DNA of 64,000 nucleotides, taken from positions 11,222,001 through 11,286,000 of the forward strand of contig OZ024744.1 of assembly GCA_964016885.1 (NCBI GenBank). The letters are read 5' to 3'. Position numbers and translations under genes: made by a program. Each line of letters starts with the position of its first letter. Position 1 is the first letter of the stretch. This document shows, piece after piece, positions 55,550 through 64,000 of the stretch. The DNA is from Eledone cirrhosa (Eukaryota). The notes below the pieces were generated by a model. The model saw only the letters and a program-made list of their open reading frames with translations. It ran no database searches and was not told where the DNA came from.

Positions 55550-58320
55550 ATACTCCAATATTTCGTGTTGTTGTACTCCAATACGTCGTGTTGTTGTACT
55601 CCAATATGTTTTGATGTTGTACTCCAATATGTTGTGTTGTTGTACTCCAATATGTTTTGATGTTGTACTCCAATATGTTGTGTTGTTGTACTCCAATATG
55701 TTTTGATGTTGTACTCCAATATGTTGTGTTGTTGTACTCCAATATGTTGTGTAGTCGTACTCCAATATGTTGTGTTGTTGTACTCCAATATGCTGTGATG
55801 TTGTACTCCAATGCGTTGTATTGTTGTACTCCAATGTGATGTGTTGTTGTACTCCAATATGTTGTGCCGTTGTACTCCAATATTTTTTATTTTTGTACTC
55901 CAATATGTTGTGTTGTTATACTCCAATATGTTGTGTTGTTATACTCCAATATGTTGTGCTGTTGTACTCCAAATCTCGTGTTGTTATACTCCAATGTGTT
56001 GTGTTGTTATACTCCAATATGGTGTGTTGTTGTACTCCAATATGTTGTATTGTTTTTTTCCAATATGTCATGTTATACTCCAATATGTTGTGTTCGTGTA
56101 CTCCAATATGTTGTGTTATTGTACTCCAATATGTTGCGTTGTTGTACTCCAATATGTTGTGTTGTTATACTCCAATATGTTGTGTTGTTGTACTCCAATA
56201 TGTTGTCTTGTTGTACTCCAAAAGGCCATGTTATCGTACTCCAATATGTCTTGTTATACTCCAATATGTCGTGTGGCTGTACTCCAATATGTCATGTTGT
56301 TATACTCCAATATGTCTTGTTATAGTCCAATATGTCGTGTTGTTGTACTCCAATATGTCATGTAGTTGTATTCCAATATTTCGTGTTGTTGTACCCCAAT
56401 ATGTCGTGTTGTTTATACTCCAATATGTTTTGCTGTTGTACTCCAATATGTTGTGTTGCTGTACTCCAATATGTTGTGTTGTTATTCTCCAATATGTTGT
56501 GCTGTTGTACTCCAATGTGTTATGTTGTTATACTCCAATATGTTGTGCTGTGCTACTCCAATATATTGTGTTGTTGTACTCCAATGTGTTGTGTTGTTAT
56601 ACTCCAATATGTTTTGATGTTGTACTGCAATATGTCGTGTTGTTGTACTCCAATATGTTGTGTTGTTGTACTCCAATATGCTGTGTTGTTATACTCCTAT
56701 ATGTTGTGCTGTTGTACTTCAATATGTTGTGTTCTACTCCAATATGTTGTGTTGTTATACTCCAATATGTTGTGCTGTGCTACTCCAATATATTGTGTTG
56801 TTGTACTCCAATGTGTTGTGTTGTTATACTCCAATATGTTTTGATGTTGTACTGCAATATGTCGTGTTGTTGTACTCCAATATGTCGTGTGGCTGTACTC
56901 CAATATGTCATGTTGTTGTACTCCAATATGTCGTTGTTATACTCCAATATGACATGTTACTGTACTCCAACATGTCGTGTTGTAGTACTCCAATATGTGT
57001 TGATGTTGTACTCCAATATGTTGTGTTGTTGTACTCCAATATGTTGTGTTGTTGTACTCCAATATGTTGTGTTGTTGTACTCCAATATGTTGTGTTGTTA
57101 TACTCCAATATGTTGTGCTGTTGTACTCCAATATGTCATGTTGTTGTACTCCGATATTTCGTGTTGTTCTACTCCAATATTTCGTGTTGTTGTACTCCAA
57201 TATGTCGTGGTGTTGTACTCCAATATGTTTTGATGTTGTACTGCAATATGTCGTGTTGTTGTACTCCAATATGTTATGATGTTGTACTCCAATATATTGT
57301 GTTGTTGTACTCCAATATATTGTGTTGCTGTACTCCAATATGTTGTGTCGTTGTACTCCAATATGTTGTGTTGTTGTACTCCAATATGTTGTGTTGTTGT
57401 ACTCCAATATGTTGTGTTGTTGTACTCCAATATGTTGTGTTGTTGTACTCCAATATGTTGTGTTGTTATACTCCAATATGTTGTGTTGTTGTACTCCAAT
57501 AGGTTGTGTTGTTATACTCCAATATGTTGTGCTGTTGTACTCCAATATTTCGTGTTGTTGTACTCCAATACGTCGTGTTGTTGTACTCCAATATGTTTTG
57601 ATGTAGTACTCCAATATGTTGTGTTGTTGTACTCCAATATGTTTTGATGTTGTACTCCAATATGTTGTGTTGTTGTACTCCAATATGTTTTGATGTTGTA
57701 CTCCAATATGTTGTGTTGTTGTACTCCAATATGTTGTGTAGTCGTACTCCAATATGTTGTGTTGTTGTACTCCAATATGCTGTGATGTTGTACTCCAATG
57801 CGTTGTATTGTTATACTCCAATGTGATGTGTTGTTGTACTCCAATATGGTGTGCCGTTGTACTCCAATATTTTTTATTTTTGTACTCCAATATGTTGTGT
57901 TGTTATACTCCAATATGTTGTGTTGTTATACTCCAATATGTTGTGCTGTTATACTCCAATATGTTGTGCTGTTGTACTCCAAATCTCGTGTTGTTATACT
58001 CCAATGTGTTGTGTTGTTATACTCCAATATGGTGTGTTGTTGTACTCCAATATATTGTATTGTTTTTTTCCAATATGTCATGTTATACTCCAATATGTTG
58101 TGTTCGTGTACTCCAATATGTTGTGTTACTGTACTCCAATATGTTGCGTTGTTGTACTCCAATATGTTGTGTTGTTATACTCCAATATGTTGTGTTGTTG
58201 TACTCCAATATGTTGTCTTGTTGTACTCCAAAAGGCCATGTTATCGTACTCCAATATGTCTTGTTATACTCCAATATGTCGTGTGGCTGTACTCCAATAT
58301 GTCATGTTGTTGTACTCCAA
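55550..58320 (+). repeat. Local duplication with ~2 kb offset (~55550-56300 vs ~57540-58320; offset 1987, then 2010)
   Basis: ORF pairs 55657/57644, 55767/57754 (1987) and 55916/57926, 56073/58083 (2010). AAAAGGCC occurs at both ~56220 and ~58230. Confidence 0.85.
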
Positions 58321-61300
58321 TATGTCGTGTTGTTTATACTCCAATATGTTTTGCTGTTGTACTCCAATATGTTGTGTTGCTGTACTCCAATATGTTGTGT
58401 TGTTATTCTCCAATATGTTGTGCTGTTGTACTCCAATGTGTTATGTTGTTATACTCCAATATGTTGTGCTGTGCTACTCCAATATATTGTGTTGTTGTAC
58501 TCCAATGTGTTGTGTTGTTATACTCCAATATGTTGTGTTGATTTACTCCAATATGTTGTGTTGTTGTACTCCAATCTGTTGTGTTGTTATACTCCAATAT
58601 GTTGTGTTGTTATACTCCAATATGTTGTGTTGTTTTACTCCAATATGTTGTGTTGTTGTACTCCAATATGTTGTGTTGTTGTACTCCAATATGTTGTGTT
58701 GTTGTAATCCAATATCTTGTGTTGTTATACTCCAATATGTTGTGTTGTTGTACTCCAATATGTTGTGTTGTTATACTCCAATATGTTGTGTTGTGATACT
58801 CCAATATGTTGTGTTGTTGTACTCCAATATGTTGTGTTGTTATACTCCAATATGTTGTGTTATTTTACTCCAATATGTTGTGTTGTTGTACTCCAATATG
58901 TTGTATTGTTGTTCTCCAATATGTCATGTTATACTCCAATAAGTTGTGTTCTTGTACTCCAATATGTTGTGTTGTTGTACTCTAATATATCATGTTGTCG
59001 TACTCTAATATGTCATGTTATACTCCAATATGTCGTTGTTATACTCCAATATGTCATGTTGTTGTACTCCAATATGTCGTATTGTTGTACTCCAATATGT
59101 TGTGTTGTTGTACTCCAATATGTTGTGTAGTCGTACTCCAATATGTTGTATTGTTATACTCCAATATGTTGTGCTGTTGTACTCCAATATGTTCTGTTGT
59201 TGTACTCCAATATATTGTGTTGCTGTACTCCAATATGTCGTGTTGTTGTACTCCAATATGTTGTGTTGTTGTACTCCAATATGTTATGTTGTTGTACTCC
59301 AATATGTTGTGTTGTTATACTCCAATATGTTATGTTGTTGTACTCCAATATGTCATGTTGTTGTACTCCAATATGTTTTGATGTTGTACTCCAATATGTT
59401 GTGTTGTTGTACTCCAATATGTTTTGATGTTGTACTCCAATATGTTGTGTTGTTGTACTCCAATATGTTGTGTAGTCGTACTCCAATATGTTGTGTTGTT
59501 GTACTCCAATATGATGTGATGTTGTACTCCAATATGATGTGCTGTTGTACTCCAATGCGTTGTGTTGTTGTACTCCAATATGCTGTGTTGTTATACTCCA
59601 ATATGTTGTGTTGTTGTACTCCAATATGTTGTGTTGTTGTACTCCAATATGTTGTGTTGTTGTAATCCAATATCTTGTGTTGTTATACTCCAATATGTTG
59701 TGCTGTTGTACTCCAATATGTTGAGTTGTTATACTCCAATATGTAGTGTTGTTATACTCCAATATGTTGTGTTGTTGTACTCCAATCTGTTGCGTTATAC
59801 TCCAATATGTTGTGTTGTTATACTCCAATATGTTGTGTTGTTATACTCCAATATGTTGTGTTGTTTTACTCCAATATGTTGTATTGTTGATCTCCAATAT
59901 GTCATATTATACTCCAATAAGTTGTGTTCTTGTACTCCAATATGTGTTGTTGTTGTACTCCAATATGTTGCGTTGTTGTACTCCAATATATCATGTTGTC
60001 GTACTCCAATATGTCATGTTATACTCCAATATGTCGTTGTTATACTCCAATAGGTCATGATGTTGTACTCCAATATTTCGCGTTGTCGTACTCCAATATG
60101 TTGTGTTGTACTCCAATATGTTGTGCTGTTGTACTCCAATATGTTGTGTTGTTGTACTCCAATATGTTGTGTTGTTATACTCCAATATGTTGTGCTGTTG
60201 TACTCCAATATTTCGTGTTGTTGTACTCCAATACGTCGTGTTGTACTCCAACATGTTGTATTGTTATACTTCAATATGTTATGTTGTTGTACTCCAATAT
60301 GTCTTGTTGTTGTACTTCAATATGTTTTGATGTTGTACTCCAATATGTTGTGTTGTTGTACTCCAATATGTTTTGATGTTGTACTCCAATATGTTGTGTT
60401 GTTGTACTCCAATATGTTGTGTAGTCGTACTCCAATATGTTGCGTTGTTGTACTCTAATGTGTTGTGTTGTTATTCTCCAATATGTTGCGATGTTGTACT
60501 CCAATGCGTTGTGTTGTTGTACTCCAATGTGATGTGTTGTTATACTCCAATATGTTGTGCTGTTGTACTCCAATATTTTTTGTTTTTTGTACTCCAATAT
60601 GTTGTGTTGTTATACTCCAATATGTTGTGTTATTATACTCCAATATGTTGTGCTGTTGTACTCCAAATCTCGTGTTGTTATACTCCAATGTGTTGTGTTG
60701 TTATACTCCAATATGGTGTGTTGTTGTACTCCAATATGTTGTATTGTTTTCTCCAATATGTCATGTTATACTCCAATATGGTGTGTTCGTGTACTTCAAT
60801 ATGTTGTGTTATTGTACTCCAATATGTTGCGTTGTTGTACTCCAATATGTTGTGTTGTTATACTCCAATATGTCATGTGGCTGTACTCCAATATGTCATG
60901 TTGTTGTACTCCAATATGTCTTGTTATAGTCCAATATGTCGTGTTGTTGTACTCCAATATATCATGTAGTTGTACTCCAATATTTCGTGTTGTTGTACCC
61001 CAATATGTAGTGTTGTTTATACTCCAATATGTTTTGCTGTTGTACTCCAATATGTTGTGTTGCTGTACTCCTATATGTTGTGTTGTTATTCTCCAATATG
61101 TTGTGCTGTTGTACTCCAATGTGTTGTGTTGTTATACTCCAATATGTTGTGTTGATTTACTCCAATATGTTGTGTTGTTGTACTCCAATCTGTTGTGTTG
61201 TTATACTCCAATGTGTTGTGTTGTTATACTCCAATATGTTGTGTTGTTGTAGTCCAATATGTTGTGTTGTCGTACTCCAATATGTTGTGTTGTTATACTC

Positions 61301-64000
61301 CAATATTTCGTGTGGTTGTACTCCAATATGTCATGGTGTTGTACTTCAATATGTCGTGTTGTTTTACTCCAATATGTTGTCTTGCTGTACTCCAATCTGT
61401 TGTATTGTTGTACTTCAATATGTTCTGTTGTTGTACTCCAATATATTGTGTTGTTGTACTCCAATATGTTGTGTTGTTGTACTCCAATATGCTGTGTTGT
61501 TGTACTCCAATATGTTGTGTTGTTATACTCCAATATGTTGTGTTGTTGTACTCCAATATCTTGTGTTGTTATACTCCAATATGTTGTGTTGTTATACTCC
61601 AATATGTTGTGTTGTTGTACTCCAATATATTGTGCTGTTGTACTCCAATATGATGTGCTGTTATACTCCAATATGTTGTGTTGTTGTACTCCAATATGTT
61701 GTGTTGTTGTACTCCAATATGTTGTGCCGTTGTACTCCAATATTTTTTTTGTTTTTGTACTCCAAAATGTTGTGTTGTTATACTCCAATATGTTGTGTTG
61801 TTATACACCAATGTGGTGTGCTGTTGTAATCCAATATGTTATGTTGTACTCCAATATGTTGTGTTGTTATACTCCAATATGTAGTGTTGTTATACTCCAA
61901 TATGTTGTGTTGTTGTACTCCAATCTGTTGTGTTATACTCCAATATGTTGTGTTGTTATACTCCAATATGTTGTGTCGTTATACTCCAATATGTTGTGTT
62001 GTTTTACTCCAATATGTTGTGTTGTTATACTCCAATATGTTGTGCTGTTGTACTCCAATATGTCATGTTGTTGTACTCCGATATTTCGTGTTGTTCTACT
62101 CCAATATTTCGTGTTGTTGTACTCCAATATCTCGTGGTGTTGTACTCCAATATGTTTTGATGTTGTACTCCAATATGTCGTGTTGTTGTACTCCAATATG
62201 TTGTGTTGTTGTACTCCAATATGCTGTGTTGTTATACTCCTATATGTTGTGCTGTTGTACTTCAATATGTTGTGTTCTACTCCAATATGTTGTGTTGTTC
62301 TACTCCAATATGTTGTGTTGTTGTACTCCAATATGTGATGTTGTTGTACTCCAATATGTCGTATTGTTGTACTCCAATATATTGTGTTGTTATACTCCAA
62401 TATTTCGTGTTGTTTTAGTCCAATATGTCATGTTGTTTTACTCCAATATTTCGTGTTGTTGTACTCCAATATGTCATGGTGTTGTACTTCAATATGTCGT
62501 ATTGTTGTACTCAAATATGTTGTGTTGTTGTTCTCCAATATGTCGTGTTGTTATACTCCAATATGTTATGATGTTGTACTCCAATATATTGTGTTGTTGT
62601 ACTCCAATATGTTGTGTTGTTGTACTCCAATATGTTGTTGTACTCCAATATGCCATGTTGTTATACTCCAATATTTCGTGGTGTTGTACTCCAATATGTC
62701 ATGTTGTTGTACTCCAATATTTCGTGTTGTTGTACTCCAATATGTCATAGGGGTTGTACTCCAATATGGTTTGTTGTTGTACTCCAATATGCTGTGTTGC
62801 TGTACTCCAATAGGTTGTGTTGTTGTACTCCAATATGCTGTGTTGGCTGTGCTCCAATACGTTGTGTTGTTGTACTCCAATATGTTGTGCTGCTGTACTC
62901 CAATATGTTGTGTTGTTGTACTCCAATATGTTGTGTTGTTGTACTCCAATATGTTGTGTTGTTGTACTCCAATCTATATCGCTGTTGTACTCCAATATGT
63001 TGTGTTGTTGTACTCCAATATGTTGTGTTGTTGTACTCCAAAATATTGTGTTGTTATACTCCAATATGTTGTGTTGTTATACTCCAATATGTTGTGCTGT
63101 TATACTCCAATATGTTGTGTTGTTGTACTCCAATATGTTGTGCTGTTATACTCCAATACTTTGTGTTGTTATACTCCAATATGTGGTATTGTTGTACTCC
63201 AATATGTTGTGCTGTTGTCCTCCAATATGTTGTGTTGTTATACTCCAATATGTTGTGTTGTTATACTCGAATATTTTGTGTTGTTATACTCGAATATCTT
63301 GTGTTGTTATACTCGAATATGTTGTGCTGTTGTACTCCAATATGTCGTGTTGTTGTACTCCAATATATCATGTAGTTGTACTCCAATATTTCGTGTTGTT
63401 GTACCCCAATATGTAGTGTTGTTTATACTCCAATATGTTTTGCTGTTGTACTCCAATATGATGTGCTGTTGTACTCCAATATGTTGTATTGTTGTTCTCC
63501 AATATGTCATGTTATACTCCAATAAGTTGTGTTCTTGTACTCCAATATGTTGTGTTGTTGTACTCCAATATATCATGTTGTCGTACTCCAATATGTCATG
63601 TTATACTCCAATATGTCATTGTTGTACTCCAATATGTCGTGTTGTTGTACTCCAATATGTCGTGTTGTTGTACTCCAATACGTCGTGTTGTACTCCAATA
63701 TGTTGTATTGTTATACTCCAATATGTTATGTTGTTGTACTCCAATATGTCTTGTTGTTGTACTTCAATATGTTTTGATGTTGTACTCCAATATGTTGTGT
63801 TGTTGTACTCCAATATGTTTTGATGTTGTACTCCAATATGTTGTGTTCTTGTACTCCAATATGTTGTGTTGTTGTACTCCAATATATCATGTTGTCGTAC
63901 TCCAATATGTCATGTTATACTCCAATATGTCATTGTTGTACTCCAATATGTCGTGTTGTTGTACTCCAATATGTCGTGTTGTTGTACTCCAATATGCTGT

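Larger units (their letters stand above)
1..64000 (+). repeat. 23-bp tandem satellite array, consensus TACTCCAATATGTTGTGTTGTTG, ~2,800 head-to-tail monomers, open at both window edges
   Basis: The ACTCCAAT core recurs about every 23 bp on every line from start to end. Pure consensus runs are visible at 22141-22278 and 32080-32240. No inverted blocks or non-repeat inserts were seen. All six ORF frames translate to the same 23-aa repeats, as expected for a stop-free 23-bp unit. Confidence 0.99.

Noticed and set aside
4-63882. Hundreds of overlapping ORFs on both strands (e.g. 8056-9942, 18120-20198, 19832-22720, 29865-31826, 52506-54746) as protein-coding genes
   Set aside because: All frames encode the same 23-aa repeat. 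ORFs overlap in every frame, frame is not conserved between paralogous blocks, 20/22-bp monomers shift the frame freely, and there is no unique domain. They result from a stop-free monomer.
1-64000. CRISPR-like array (constant ~10 bp core plus variable ~13 bp segment)
   Set aside because: The variable parts are point variants of a single sequence, not unique spacers. Lengths are far below CRISPR repeat and spacer sizes, and there is no leader or cas gene.
1-64000. CCAAT boxes and TATA-like TTATAC as promoters
   Set aside because: They occur in nearly every monomer as part of the repeat, with no downstream gene. There is no basis for calling individual promoters.
1-64000. Synthetic, information-encoding or rolling-circle sequencing artefact
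   Set aside because: Variants are inherited in nested duplicated blocks of differing divergence, as expected from natural satellite evolution. Random read error or concatemers of one template would not give this pattern, although local misassembly remains possible.

Overview
The whole 64 kb is one uninterrupted, single-orientation tandem satellite array. The monomer is 23 bp, consensus TACTCCAATATGTTGTGTTGTTG (11 T, 5 G, 4 A, 3 C; about 35% GC), in roughly 2,800 copies with point variants and 18-24 bp length variants. I see no unique sequence, transposon, RNA gene, CRISPR array or credible protein-coding gene. The dense six-frame ORF track is an artefact: the consensus has no stop codon in any frame and 23 is not a multiple of 3, so every + frame reads (MLCCCTPICCVVVLQYVVLLYSN)n and every - frame reads (QHIGVQQHNILEYNNTTYWSTTT)n. 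The real structure is hierarchical: 23-bp monomer, recurring 4-6-monomer variant modules, local 0.2-2 kb duplications, and a degenerate 10-12 kb higher-order unit. That unit includes a nearly perfect 11.9 kb tandem duplication (about 26522-38434 / 38435-50378). The variant spectrum (GTCGTG / GTTGTG / GTCATG) suggests CpG methylation-deamination. This looks like eukaryotic heterochromatic satellite (pericentromeric, centromeric or subtelomeric), but the organism and function cannot be determined from the sequence. I find no support for a new gene-encoded system. Coordinates and counts were read by eye or from ORF-track offsets and are approximate.
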